Origin: Lachnospiraceae bacterium
Lineage (GTDB): Bacteria > Bacillota > Clostridia > Lachnospirales > Lachnospiraceae
Direction: 5' to 3'
DNA length: 35,894 bases
Assembly: GCA_022791575.1 (NCBI GenBank)
Contig: JAAVZI010000079.1
Coordinates: 1-35,894, forward strand
In this document: one piece after another, positions 26,934 to 35,894 of the stretch
How positions within the stretch are numbered: position 1 is the first letter of the stretch
Layout: the number at the start of each line of letters is the position of its first letter
The notes under the pieces: model-generated
The model's input: the letters and a program-made list of their open reading frames with translations, nothing else
What the model was told of the DNA's origin: nothing
The model's database searches: none
Translations under genes and position numbers: made by a program

Positions 26934-27863
26934 ATGGATACAACATTGGTCGTTATGGCAGCCGGGATTGGCAGCCGCTTTGGCGGCGGCATCAAACAGT
27001 TGGAGCAGGTGGGACCCAATGGAGAAATTATTATGGATTATGCAATTCATGATGCCAAAGAAGCAGGTTTTAATAAAGTCGTTTTTATCATAAGAAAAGA
27101 CTTAGAAGCAGATTTTCGTAGAATCATTGGCGATCGAATAGAGAAGGTTATAGAAGTTGCTTATGTATTTCAGGAACTAGAGAATCTGCCGCAGGGATTC
27201 GGTGTGCCTGAGGGACGTAGAAAGCCTTGGGGAACCGGACAGGCGGTGCTGTCATGCAAAGGAATTGTAGATACGCCATTTGCAGTTATTAATGCAGATG
27301 ATTATTATGGAAAAGAAGCCTTTCTCAAGGTCCATGAATATCTTGTGAATCTGGGGCAAGTTCAGGATGAAGGGCTATCCGGTTGTATGGCTGGCTTTAC
27401 CCTGAAAAATACCTTAAGTGAAAACGGAGCCGTTACAAGAGGAATCTGCCGTGTAGAACATGGGCTGCTGGTAGATATCGAAGAGACTGGCGGAATTGAA
27501 AAAAAGGATGGCGGAGTCGTCTGTGAAAAGGATGGACAGACGGTCAAAGCTGATAAAAGCGCTTATGTATCCATGAATATGTGGGGATTGACACCAGCGT
27601 TTATTAATGAGCTAGAAATTCGTTTTATTGATTTTCTGAAAAATTTAACATCTGAGAACGAACAGAAGAAAGAATTTCTGCTTCCCATTATTATTCAGGA
27701 TATGTTAAAAGAGAATGCAATTAAAATCCATGTACTGGAAAGCCACGATAAATGGTTTGGAGTTACTTATAAGGAAGATAAGGAACTGGTAGTAAGGGAG
27801 CTTGACAGGCTGCATGCAGCAGGAGAATATCCAGCGAAGTTATCCACCTGCGCAGCGGAATGA
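26934..27863 (+). CDS. sugar-phosphate nucleotidyltransferase family protein (NTP_transferase fold, G-x-G-x-R motif)
   Basis: LVVMAAGIGSRFGGG nucleotide-binding loop and KPWGTG motif. AGGAGGA ribosome-binding site before ATG 26934. The ORF is open from 26889. Confidence 0.7.
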   Translation: MDTTLVVMAAGIGSRFGGGIKQLEQVGPNGEIIMDYAIHDAKEAGFNKVVFIIRKDLEADFRRIIGDRIEKVIEVAYVFQELENLPQGFGVPEGRRKPWGTGQAVLSCKGIVDTPFAVINADDYYGKEAFLKVHEYLVNLGQVQDEGLSGCMAGFTLKNTLSENGAVTRGICRVEHGLLVDIEETGGIEKKDGGVVCEKDGQTVKADKSAYVSMNMWGLTPAFINELEIRFIDFLKNLTSENEQKKEFLLPIIIQDMLKENAIKIHVLESHDKWFGVTYKEDKELVVRELDRLHAAGEYPAKLSTCAAE

Positions 27864-27868
27864 TAATC

Positions 27869-29587
27869 TTATAAACGGTCATCCTTATATTCCATAGAAG
27901 ATTTTTTCTGCTTCATACGCCGTTTCCGTTCATACATTGCCTCATCGGCGCGTTCCTGTACACGCCAAAGGCTGTTGTCTGTTCCATAATTAAAATAAGC
28001 GATACCATAAGCAATTGATACATGCTCTAAATCAGGCAGTGTGGAGTTAAGGATTTCGCAGGCGCTCTCCATAGCAGAAATGCCAAGATTGTATGTTTCC
28101 TTTGGATGATTTTCCAATATAACAATGAATTCATCACCGCCGAAACGATAACATTTACCATAGTCGGAGAAGCCTTCCTGAATTACGCTGGCAGCGTTTT
28201 TCAGAAGACGGTCTCCGGCAATATGTCCAAGCAGATCGTTAGTTCGTTTCAGATAATTGATATCCAGCTGGATCAGGGCGACAGAGCTAGAAGCTGTCAG
28301 GAACTGTTCCAGCTTTTCTATGTCATGATTGAGCGCAGTGCGGTTGCCAAGGCCGGTCAGGGCATCGTAATAGGCAGCATTCTGCAAATGGCTGAAATCT
28401 GCGCCGATTTCGCATAAACCGTGAATTTCGCGAAAAGAACCAGTAAGTATTACCAATAAAAATGCCAGTAGTATGTAATGAGAGAAGACTAAATAATGAT
28501 CGGTTTTATTGAGGAAATACAAAAAGAATTCCAGAGCCAGTGTCAGCTGGAACATAAAAAACGTAAACTGCGGAATATGCTTTGCTGGCTGCTGATAGAC
28601 TTTATTCTGAAATAGGTATTTACAAGAATAGTAAAGTCCAGTTAAAATACTTAGCCCGATCAGAACAATCACAACAATCTTAGTGTCTGAAAGAGGCAGG
28701 AGGCCAGTTGCATAAATAGCAAGTACGAATAAAAAGCCTGCCAGAGGCAGCAGTTCATTGAGAAATCGTTTGCTGCCGGGAAGGGTTCTGCTCGAAAGCA
28801 GGACATAACGCAGTGCTGAATAAGGAAGCAGAGCAAGGGTCAGAAGCTCTATTTCATAGAGAAAGCCTGTATGATCGATAAAGAGGCTTAATATATTGCA
28901 TTGAATAATACAGTATATCCCAAATCCTATAGAGAACAGGCCAAGATACAGAAGTCCTTTTTTGGTACGCAGTCGTATATTCAGAGCCCCTATTACAAAT
29001 AGGAGGATTCCCATACAAAGAATCAGAACAGAGACGATCAGCATGGGAATATGATGTTTAATACAGGCAATTAGCAGGTCCTTTTCATTACCAGAATAAA
29101 TAGTATCAATCAAAAGTGTATCGTGGTCAGTGATCGGTTCGAAAGTAATATGAACCATTTGTCCAGCTGCCCAGGATGGAATCTGGATCAGATGAATCGT
29201 ATCGCCCAAATAAGAGATGGTTTCTTTTTCCTGTAATGGGGCAAGCTGATAGATAATGGTTTGATTGACTGATACGGTTACCAGGCTGTTCTTAGTAGTG
29301 AACAGAATGGCGTAGTTGGCATCCAGCGGAGAAGGCAGCATACTCTGCAGATGATAGTCGGTATTCTGTTTTGGTCTATGTTCACTGACAAACGAAGAAA
29401 TGTTTAATACGCCTTCGTCGATTTGATAGAACCAATTACTGGTAACATCTGACAGATCTTTTTGCTTATGAATGCGGTCTGCATTCGGGGGCACAGAAAG
29501 ACGAAGCAGAACCGCTGCCAGATATAGAATAATGACGCATACATAAAAACGGGGAAGTATGCGCTGATATAGAATATTTTTGTTCAT
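27869..29587 (-). CDS. 7TM-DISM-type sensor diguanylate cyclase (GGDEF)
   Basis: C-terminal GGDEF domain (YYDALTGLGNR ... RFGGDEFIVIL). 7 predicted TM helices. N-terminal periplasmic domain. Start set to ATG 29587 (MNKNILY) because the longer ORF would overlap the S1 gene. Confidence 0.85.
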   Translation of the reverse strand: MNKNILYQRILPRFYVCVIILYLAAVLLRLSVPPNADRIHKQKDLSDVTSNWFYQIDEGVLNISSFVSEHRPKQNTDYHLQSMLPSPLDANYAILFTTKNSLVTVSVNQTIIYQLAPLQEKETISYLGDTIHLIQIPSWAAGQMVHITFEPITDHDTLLIDTIYSGNEKDLLIACIKHHIPMLIVSVLILCMGILLFVIGALNIRLRTKKGLLYLGLFSIGFGIYCIIQCNILSLFIDHTGFLYEIELLTLALLPYSALRYVLLSSRTLPGSKRFLNELLPLAGFLFVLAIYATGLLPLSDTKIVVIVLIGLSILTGLYYSCKYLFQNKVYQQPAKHIPQFTFFMFQLTLALEFFLYFLNKTDHYLVFSHYILLAFLLVILTGSFREIHGLCEIGADFSHLQNAAYYDALTGLGNRTALNHDIEKLEQFLTASSSVALIQLDINYLKRTNDLLGHIAGDRLLKNAASVIQEGFSDYGKCYRFGGDEFIVILENHPKETYNLGISAMESACEILNSTLPDLEHVSIAYGIAYFNYGTDNSLWRVQERADEAMYERKRRMKQKKSSMEYKDDRL

Positions 29588-29624
29588 AAAGCTGCCTTTC
29601 GGGATGAATAATATAGGATTCGAA

Positions 29625-30551
29625 TTAAAGCTGGATATTTTTAAATAGGGAGCCCAGGCTGGTTCCAATGGATTCAGTTTCGGGAAGGTCTGCCAATTCC
29701 TCGTGGATTTCTTCTGCAGATACATCTTCCAAAGCTTTCATGCTGAGACTGATCTTACCATCTTTGACAGCCAGCACCTTAACATTGACTTTCTGTCCTT
29801 CCTTTAATACGCTAGAAGGATGGCTGATGCGTTTCTGGCAGATTTGGGAAATGTGTAGCAGTCCGGAAGCACCATTGCTTAGACGCACAAAGGCACCATA
29901 ATTTTGTAGGCTTTCTACTACACCTTCTGTAACAAGTCCGGCTTGAATATTGGATACCAGCCGGCTTTCTTCTTTTGCTCTGGCTTCCTTCAGCAGTTCT
30001 CTGGCAGAAAGGATTAATTTCTTCTGAGCTTGGTCAGCTTGGATTACCTGCACCTGGATTTCTTTGTGAAGCCATGGGTCCAGATTCTCTTCGTAGGTTA
30101 GAGACAGTTTGGAGGCGGGAATAAATCCGCGGATTCCTTCTACATAAGCAACAGCTCCGCTTTTGACAATTTCACTGATTTTTACAGTAAGAACGGTCTG
30201 TTCTTTTAGATATTGTTCCAGAATATCCCAGGACAGGGTCTGGACAGCTTCTCTGCGTGATAATAAAATATTGCCGTTTCCATCATCCTCTGCGATTACA
30301 ACCGCCTGTATGGTTTCCCCAACCGGAACATCTGTTTTAAGGGAAAAGGAAGGATCTTCACTATAATCTGCAGCTAGAATAATTCCTTCTGCGTAATATC
30401 CAAGATCAACAGTTGCCTCTGTATCGGTAACCGCAATAATCGTTCCTGATAATACATCTCCTTCTTTTATTTTACGAAAAGAATTTTCCAGCTCCTGTGT
30501 ATAATCTGCCATGGATTCACTTGTATTGGCAAGGTCTGTATGATTGCTCAT
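29625..30551 (-). CDS. S1 RNA-binding domain protein (multi-S1, RpsA-like short form)
   Basis: Several S1 repeats (GTIIAVTDTEATVDLG, GAVAYVEGIRGFIPAS, GAFVRLSNGASGLLHISQI). AAGGAG-8 nt before ATG 30551. Confidence 0.8.
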   Translation of the reverse strand: MSNHTDLANTSESMADYTQELENSFRKIKEGDVLSGTIIAVTDTEATVDLGYYAEGIILAADYSEDPSFSLKTDVPVGETIQAVVIAEDDGNGNILLSRREAVQTLSWDILEQYLKEQTVLTVKISEIVKSGAVAYVEGIRGFIPASKLSLTYEENLDPWLHKEIQVQVIQADQAQKKLILSARELLKEARAKEESRLVSNIQAGLVTEGVVESLQNYGAFVRLSNGASGLLHISQICQKRISHPSSVLKEGQKVNVKVLAVKDGKISLSMKALEDVSAEEIHEELADLPETESIGTSLGSLFKNIQL

Positions 30552-30943
30552 GATCGTCACTCCTTATAATTAATGATTCTTATAGGTAATTGCGAAAGTC
30601 TGAATCAAAGCGACGAGTTTGAACAAATTGTCCCCGATTTTATATCGGGGAATTACCTTAATACAAAAATTCCACTCAAAGATGTATTTAATTCGCTACA
30701 TTTTTGTATCTATTGCCCAAACTCTAACAGTGAAATCAGAGTCTCGCAAATGCCTATAATGATTATAATAAGCAGAACCCAAATGTCTGCTAAAATGTAG
30801 TAAAACTAATTTTATTTTATCATAAATAGATGTAGATTTCAATGCGGAATTCTGTATGAAATTTGTCTGTTCTGTAGTAAAAAAGTATGGTGTATATGCA
30901 GAAAATGTGATATGCTTAAGAAAAACAGATAAAAGGTGATAAC

Positions 30944-32590
30944 ATGGAGAAGGATAAAACAGTTTATGTCATCGGACATAAAAATCCAGATACGGATTCC
31001 ATCTGCTCCGCAATCGCTTATGCGGATATTAAAACCAGAATCAGCGGCGGTCGGTTCATTCCCAAAAGAGCCGGGCAGCTGAATGAAGAGACACAGTTTG
31101 TATTGGAACGGTTTGGCATGGAAGCCCCGGCGCTGATGACCGATGTGGGAACTCAGGTAAAGGATATCGAGATCCGTAAGACTGAAGGTGTGAACAGTGG
31201 TATTTCACTTAAACGAGCCTGGGAAATTATGAAGGAAAAAAATGTCGTAACTCTGGCGATTACCAATGAACGGGAAGAGCTGGAGGGGCTGATTACGATC
31301 GGTGATATTGCAACTTCCTATATGGATGTTTATGACAGCCGGATTCTGGCTACAGCTAGAACGAAATACCGTAATATTATTGAGACGATCAATGGCACAA
31401 TGGTAATTGGTAATGAGCATAGTTATTTTATGCATGGAAAGGTTCTGGTGGCAGCAGCCAATCCTGACTTGATGGAAAGCTACATAGAAGAGGATGATCT
31501 GGTAATTCTGGGCAATCGTTATGAGTCTCAGCTATGTGCTATAGAGATGAATGCCGGCTGCATTATTGTCTGTGAGGGCGCTCCGGTGTCTCGCACTATC
31601 TGTAAGCTGGCGGAAGAACGGGGTTGTACGATTATTAGTTCGCCTCATGATACATTTACTGTGGCACGTTTGATCTATCAGAGTATGCCGATTAAATATT
31701 TTATGCGTTCCGATCATCTAATTACCTTTCAGACCGAATCCTTTGTGGATGATATTCATGAGATTATGGCTAAGAAACGACACAGGGATTTCCCGATTCT
31801 GGATGAAGAGGGACGCTATGTAGGTATGATTTCCAGAAGAAATCTCTTAAATGCGGGCAGAAAGAATGTAATACTGGTGGACCATAACGAGAAATCACAG
31901 GCGGTGGATGGTATTGAGAGTGCCGAGATTCTGGAGATTATTGACCATCACCGGATTGGAACACTAGAAACGGTGTCTCCGGTGTATTTCCGAAATCAGC
32001 CTTTGGGTTGTACAGCCACCATTCTATGTAAGATTTATGATGAACATAATCTGGAGATACCGCCGAAAATGGCAGGTCTTCTCTGTGCAGCGATACTTTC
32101 AGATACCTTGATGTACCGTTCACCGACCTGTACACGGGCAGATCGGGAAGCGGCAGAGAAGCTGGCAGGAATAGCGGGAATTAATGTAGAAGAATTTTCA
32201 AATGAAATGTTCCGGGCAGGAAGCAATTTAAAGAATAAAACACCAGAAGAGATTTTCCTGCAGGATTTTAAGAAATTCTCAGCTAATGATGTCAGCTTTG
32301 GAGTTGGACAAATCAATGTAATGCGGCAGGAGGATTTAGAGGAAATTAAAGGTACAATACTGGACTATCTGCCGGAGGCTTATCAGAAGCAGAATGTGCA
32401 GATGTTATTTTTTATGTTAACCAATATTGTAAGAGAACGTACCGAGCTGCTTTGTATCGGTGCCAATGCCAGCAAGTTAATCGAAGAGACGTTTGAAGTG
32501 ACAGCTCATAATCAGATGTATCTGTTACGAGGCGTCGTATCTAGGAAAAAGCAGCTTCTGCCCGCATTGGTAGAGGCTCTGCAGCAGTAA
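30944..32590 (+). CDS. CBS-domain-containing family II (Mn-dependent) inorganic pyrophosphatase (DHH-CBS-DRTGG-CBS-DHHA2)
   Basis: DHH N-terminal motifs (VIGHKNPDTDSICSAIAYA, DHN, DHHR). Internal CBS/DRTGG insertion. DHHA2 C-terminus. 548 aa is typical of clostridial CBS-PPase. Confidence 0.85.
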   Translation: MEKDKTVYVIGHKNPDTDSICSAIAYADIKTRISGGRFIPKRAGQLNEETQFVLERFGMEAPALMTDVGTQVKDIEIRKTEGVNSGISLKRAWEIMKEKNVVTLAITNEREELEGLITIGDIATSYMDVYDSRILATARTKYRNIIETINGTMVIGNEHSYFMHGKVLVAAANPDLMESYIEEDDLVILGNRYESQLCAIEMNAGCIIVCEGAPVSRTICKLAEERGCTIISSPHDTFTVARLIYQSMPIKYFMRSDHLITFQTESFVDDIHEIMAKKRHRDFPILDEEGRYVGMISRRNLLNAGRKNVILVDHNEKSQAVDGIESAEILEIIDHHRIGTLETVSPVYFRNQPLGCTATILCKIYDEHNLEIPPKMAGLLCAAILSDTLMYRSPTCTRADREAAEKLAGIAGINVEEFSNEMFRAGSNLKNKTPEEIFLQDFKKFSANDVSFGVGQINVMRQEDLEEIKGTILDYLPEAYQKQNVQMLFFMLTNIVRERTELLCIGANASKLIEETFEVTAHNQMYLLRGVVSRKKQLLPALVEALQQ

Positions 32591-32600
32591 GGAGGCGCCT

Positions 32601-33185
32601 GTGGAAAAACAGATCTGGAAACCGGGAAATATGCTGTATCCTCTGCCGGCCGTATTAGTCAGCCTAGTAGATCGGGATGGAAAACCGAATATATTAACTG
32701 TGGCCTGGACGGCTACTGTCTGTACCAATCCCCCTATGCTGTCGATATCCGTAAGGCCAGAGCGCTATTCCTATCAGGGACTTGTGGATACCGGAGAATT
32801 TACAGTGAATTTAACAACAGAAGAACTGGTGTTTGCTACGGATTTCTGCGGTGTCCGTTCAGGAAGAGATGTGGATAAATTTCAGCATTTGAAGCTTAGC
32901 CATCAGAAGGGGGAGAAAACAAGAGCGCCTCTTATTGGAGAAAGTCCGGTCAATATCGAATGCCGGGTACAAAAAATCGAGAAGCTGGGTTCCCACCATA
33001 TGTTTCTTGCCAGTGTAGAAGCTGTTCATGCCCAAAGCGCTTATATGGATGAAAAGGGACGGTTTGATTTATCTAGGGCGAAACCGATTGTCTATTCTCA
33101 CGGCGAATATTACAGTTTGGGAAAGAAACTGGGTAAATTTGGATACAGTATACAAAAGAAGAAAGACAGAGAATTCAGGAGGTGA
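32601..33185 (+). CDS. flavin reductase-like (FMN-binding split-barrel) protein
   Basis: GTG start with an AGGAGG ribosome-binding site. Flavin_Reduct-like sequence (LVSLVDRDGKPNILTVAW ... FLASVEAVHA). Confidence 0.75.
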   Translation: MEKQIWKPGNMLYPLPAVLVSLVDRDGKPNILTVAWTATVCTNPPMLSISVRPERYSYQGLVDTGEFTVNLTTEELVFATDFCGVRSGRDVDKFQHLKLSHQKGEKTRAPLIGESPVNIECRVQKIEKLGSHHMFLASVEAVHAQSAYMDEKGRFDLSRAKPIVYSHGEYYSLGKKLGKFGYSIQKKKDREFRR

Positions 33186-33189
33186 TTCT

Positions 33190-35049
33190 ATGAGAATTGC
33201 AGCATGTCGGATAGAAAATTATAAATCCATTAAGAAATTAGTGATGGAAGAAATGGGATCAGCCGTTATTCTGGTCGGAAGAAATAACATGGGAAAATCC
33301 ATTGTTATGGAAGCTTTGCTGACTGCTATGGGCTATCTGGCGGTAGAAGAAAAGGACTTTAATAATCCTGAGCTTCCAGTAAAGATTGATGTGACGCTGG
33401 AAATGCGTGAGGAAGATCTGTGGCTTTTGTATCAAAATCGAAAGGTCAGCCAGGAGCCAGGCTACGAACAGTGGCTGGAAGAATTTAAGAGCGCCTTTCC
33501 CAGTTATTTGGATGGACATCTTTCTTTTACTTATGTAGTAGATACGGATTTAGATGACTATTATGAAGATCGGCTGGGACAGGATAATCCTTATATCAAA
33601 GAGATTCTGCCGAGAATTCATCATATTGACCATAGCCGGGAACTGACAACAATTCAGGAGGATATTTTTCATTTAGAAACAGATGAACGACTGAATATGA
33701 TCCGTGATAATGTCTGTATGTATGACCGTATGGAGCAATGTCAGCAGTGCTTTCGGTGTATCGGAGAGATTCAGAAGAAGACAGTAGAGGAGCTGGATGC
33801 ATTTGAGACGGCAAGACTTCTGGAATATAAGATTTACCATACCAATGTCAGTGATTTTACAAGGAGGTTAAATGTATATTTTCACAAAAATAACGGACGT
33901 TCTCAGGACATTAAAACGATTATTAATGTGGATGTAGATGAATTATGTAAACTAGAAACCTATGTGATTAATCATGACAGAAAGACAGAAGGAAGCATCC
34001 ATACGTTGAGCGCAGGTATGAAATCAATCTATGTGTTGTCTCTTTTGGAAGCATATGCGGCCGAATCAGGAACGCTGCCAAGCATAATTATGATGGAGGA
34101 CCCACAGATTTTCTTGCATCCACAGATGCAGAAAGTGGCAAGTGAGATTTTATACCGCCTTTCCAAAAAGAATCAAGTAATCTTTACGACCCATTCGCCG
34201 AATATGCTCTTTAATTTCTCTTCCAGGCAGATTAAACAGGTCGTGCTGGACGAAGAATATTATACGACTGTAAAAGAGAATCCTAATATAGATGTGATTC
34301 TGGACGACCTTGGATATACCGCCAATGATCTGATGAATGTCAGTTTTGTATTTATTGTGGAGGGCAAACAGGATGGTAACCGCCTGCCCCTGCTGCTGGA
34401 AAAATATTATTCTGAAATTTATGATGAGAACGGCAATCTGCAGCGGATATCGATTATCCCTACGAACAGCTGTACGAATATTAAAACCTATGCCAACCTG
34501 AAATATATTAATAAATTATATCTAAAGGATCAGTTTATGATGATTCGAGACAGTGACGGCAAGAATCCAAGACATCTGGTAAAGCAGCTTTGCAGCTATT
34601 ATGGGTCCAGAGCCAAAGAAGATGAGCAGATGCTGCGGGTACAGCCGAAAAATGTTCTGGTTCTGAAATATTATTCCTTTGAGAATTATTTTCTGGACCC
34701 AGAAGTAATGACGAAGATCGGTGTTGTGAAAAGTGTAGAAGATTTTTACAATATATTATATGCAAAATACAAGGCCTACCTATATAAGATTCCAAGTATG
34801 AAACGCATGATTAAGGTTACTGGAGCCAGAATCCGTTCCAAAGAAGATTTGAAAGCGAATATGGAAAATATCCGCATCTATGTCCGCGGTCATAATCTAT
34901 ATGATATTTTCTATGGAAAATACAGAAGCAGAGAACAGGAAATATTAAAAAAATACATTGACGAGGCACCGCGGGAAGTGTTTGCAGACATTATGGACAG
35001 CATTGACCAGTTTGTTTATTTCCAAAGTAGAAAGAAGAATGAACAGTAA
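33190..35049 (+). CDS. OLD-family (overcoming lysogenization defect) ATP-dependent nuclease: N-terminal ABC/AAA_15 ATPase plus C-terminal Toprim (class 1, stand-alone)
   Basis: Walker A GRNNMGKS. ABC signature LSAGMKS. Walker B/D-loop IIMMEDPQIFLHP. H-loop FTTHSP. Toprim glutamate FIVEGKQD and DxD in MMIRDSDG. AGGAGG before ATG 33190, 4 nt after the flavin reductase stop. Confidence 0.8.
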   Translation: MRIAACRIENYKSIKKLVMEEMGSAVILVGRNNMGKSIVMEALLTAMGYLAVEEKDFNNPELPVKIDVTLEMREEDLWLLYQNRKVSQEPGYEQWLEEFKSAFPSYLDGHLSFTYVVDTDLDDYYEDRLGQDNPYIKEILPRIHHIDHSRELTTIQEDIFHLETDERLNMIRDNVCMYDRMEQCQQCFRCIGEIQKKTVEELDAFETARLLEYKIYHTNVSDFTRRLNVYFHKNNGRSQDIKTIINVDVDELCKLETYVINHDRKTEGSIHTLSAGMKSIYVLSLLEAYAAESGTLPSIIMMEDPQIFLHPQMQKVASEILYRLSKKNQVIFTTHSPNMLFNFSSRQIKQVVLDEEYYTTVKENPNIDVILDDLGYTANDLMNVSFVFIVEGKQDGNRLPLLLEKYYSEIYDENGNLQRISIIPTNSCTNIKTYANLKYINKLYLKDQFMMIRDSDGKNPRHLVKQLCSYYGSRAKEDEQMLRVQPKNVLVLKYYSFENYFLDPEVMTKIGVVKSVEDFYNILYAKYKAYLYKIPSMKRMIKVTGARIRSKEDLKANMENIRIYVRGHNLYDIFYGKYRSREQEILKKYIDEAPREVFADIMDSIDQFVYFQSRKKNEQ

Positions 35050-35193
35050 AATGTGTGATTTTTGTGAATTGAGTAAAATACATTGACAACTATTAAAATG
35101 TATGTAATAATGTGTACGAGTTAACAAAGAATCAGAACTTTAGAATTATTCTAATTCTAAAAATATATTATGAGTATGTAAAGGAGAATGATT

Positions 35194-35736
35194 ATGAAAA
35201 AATTCGTATGTCAGGTTTGTGGTTATGTTCATGAAGGAGATGCAGCACCAGATAAATGTCCGCAGTGTGGTGCACCAGCTGAGAAATTCACAGAGCAGAG
35301 TGGCGATCTGTCATGGGCAGCTGAGCATGTAGTTGGCGTAGCTCAGGGTGCAAGTGAAGATATTATGGCAGATTTAAGGGCAAACTTCAATGGTGAGTGT
35401 ACAGAGGTTGGAATGTACCTTGCAATGGCAAGAGTAGCGCATAGAGAAGGTTATCCGGAAATCGGTTTATATTGGGAAAAAGCAGCTTATGAAGAAGCTG
35501 AGCATGCAGCAAAGTTTGCTGAGTTATTAGGGGAAGTGGTAACAGACAGTACAAAGAAGAATCTGGAAATGCGTGTAGAAGCAGAGAATGGTGCTACAGC
35601 AGGTAAGTTTGACCTTGCAAAGCGTGCAAAGGCTGCAAATCTTGACGCAATCCATGATACCGTTCATGAAATGGCAAGGGATGAGGCAAGACACGGCAAG
35701 GCATTCGAAGGTTTGCTGAAGAGATACTTTGGCTAA
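35194..35736 (+). CDS. reverse rubrerythrin (N-terminal rubredoxin-like Cx2C-x11-Cx2C plus ferritin-like diiron domain)
   Basis: [21 protein letters not shown] followed by E ... EXXH ferritin-like motifs ([17 protein letters not shown]). AAGGAG-7 nt before ATG 35194. Confidence 0.88.
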   Translation: MKKFVCQVCGYVHEGDAAPDKCPQCGAPAEKFTEQSGDLSWAAEHVVGVAQGASEDIMADLRANFNGECTEVGMYLAMARVAHREGYPEIGLYWEKAAYEEAEHAAKFAELLGEVVTDSTKKNLEMRVEAENGATAGKFDLAKRAKAANLDAIHDTVHEMARDEARHGKAFEGLLKRYFG

Positions 35737-35763
35737 AATAAAATAGTACGAAGATAGGAAAAA

Positions 35764-35792
35764 GGACAGCGGTTAACAGGCTGTCCTTTTTT
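35764..35792 (+). terminator. rho-independent terminator after rubrerythrin (stem ggacagc/gctgtcc plus T6)
   Basis: Inverted repeat with a 9-nt loop followed by TTTTTT. Confidence 0.75.
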
Positions 35793-35894
35793 CTTGTTTG
35801 CGCGCCATGGGCGCGCTCTAACGGGTGAAAGTCCCGAACACGCCTAGGCAACAAGGAAGTGTATAGCTGAACAGCAAGGGTGTCCGCCGTGAGA

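Noticed and set aside
29588-29725. Upstream extension of the GGDEF ORF (MYLQKKSTRNWQ...)
   Set aside because: It would overlap the 3' end of the convergently numbered S1 gene on the same strand by about 100 nt. The hydrophobic signal or TM segment starts right after the internal Met at 29587.
33028-33189. N-terminal 54-codon extension of the OLD-nuclease ORF
   Set aside because: It lies entirely inside the flavin-reductase gene in another frame. A strong AGGAGG ribosome-binding site precedes the internal ATG at 33190, which begins the conserved ATPase N-terminus (MRIAACRIENYKSI).
1-35894. CRISPR arrays, transposases, integrases and recombinases
   Set aside because: I looked for regularly spaced direct repeats and for DDE, tyrosine or serine recombinase-like ORFs near the tRNA-derived sequences. 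I found none. The tRNA fragments therefore cannot be tied to a mobile element inside this window.
35796-35894. Cobalamin riboswitch at the right edge
   Set aside because: A GGTGAAAGTCC-like element is present, but no B12-box (GCCACTG) or upstream AGGGAA element can be seen in the available sequence. I kept it only as a low-confidence structured-RNA finding.

Overview
This 35.9-kb window looks like a low-GC Firmicutes chromosome, probably Clostridia and Lachnospiraceae-like. Genes are dense, most have strong GGAGG-type ribosome-binding sites, and the intergenic regions are AT-rich with rho-independent terminators. Most of the content is housekeeping. On the + strand these are metK behind a SAM-I riboswitch, a histidine kinase with its response regulator, cwlD, tsaC/sua5, rpiB, a Na/Pi cotransporter, a DagK-family lipid kinase, class II fba, a polysaccharide deacetylase, a nucleotidyltransferase, a CBS-domain family II pyrophosphatase, a flavin reductase and a reverse rubrerythrin. 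On the - strand they are mecA, pflA, a ferredoxin, a 7TM-DISM GGDEF diguanylate cyclase and an S1-domain protein. A tRNA-Glu and tRNA-Cys pair sits on the + strand behind its own promoter. Five regions look accessory or unusual. (1) The left end has a tRNA-type promoter, a 5'-disrupted tRNA-Asn 3' portion and a terminator, then a - strand operon of a TlpA-like thioredoxin lipoprotein, a 49-aa CXXC mini-protein missing from the ORF track, a NapH-like polyferredoxin and two paralogous HTH-WYL regulators. (2) An E. coli-type RtcB RNA ligase is followed by a tRNA-like RNA module with two T-arms and a D-arm, which resembles bacterial Y RNA (YrlA) tRNA mimics. (3) A Ser/Thr kinase is fused to a lysine-less ParA/MinD/TadZ-like pseudo-ATPase domain and is followed by a second lysine-less paralog and a CpaB-like SAF protein, with no other Tad pilus genes. 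(4) A stand-alone OLD-family ATPase-Toprim nuclease sits between a flavin reductase and rubrerythrin. (5) At the right edge there is a possible 5' end of a structured RNA with a GAAAGUCC-like motif. No CRISPR array, transposase or integrase was found.
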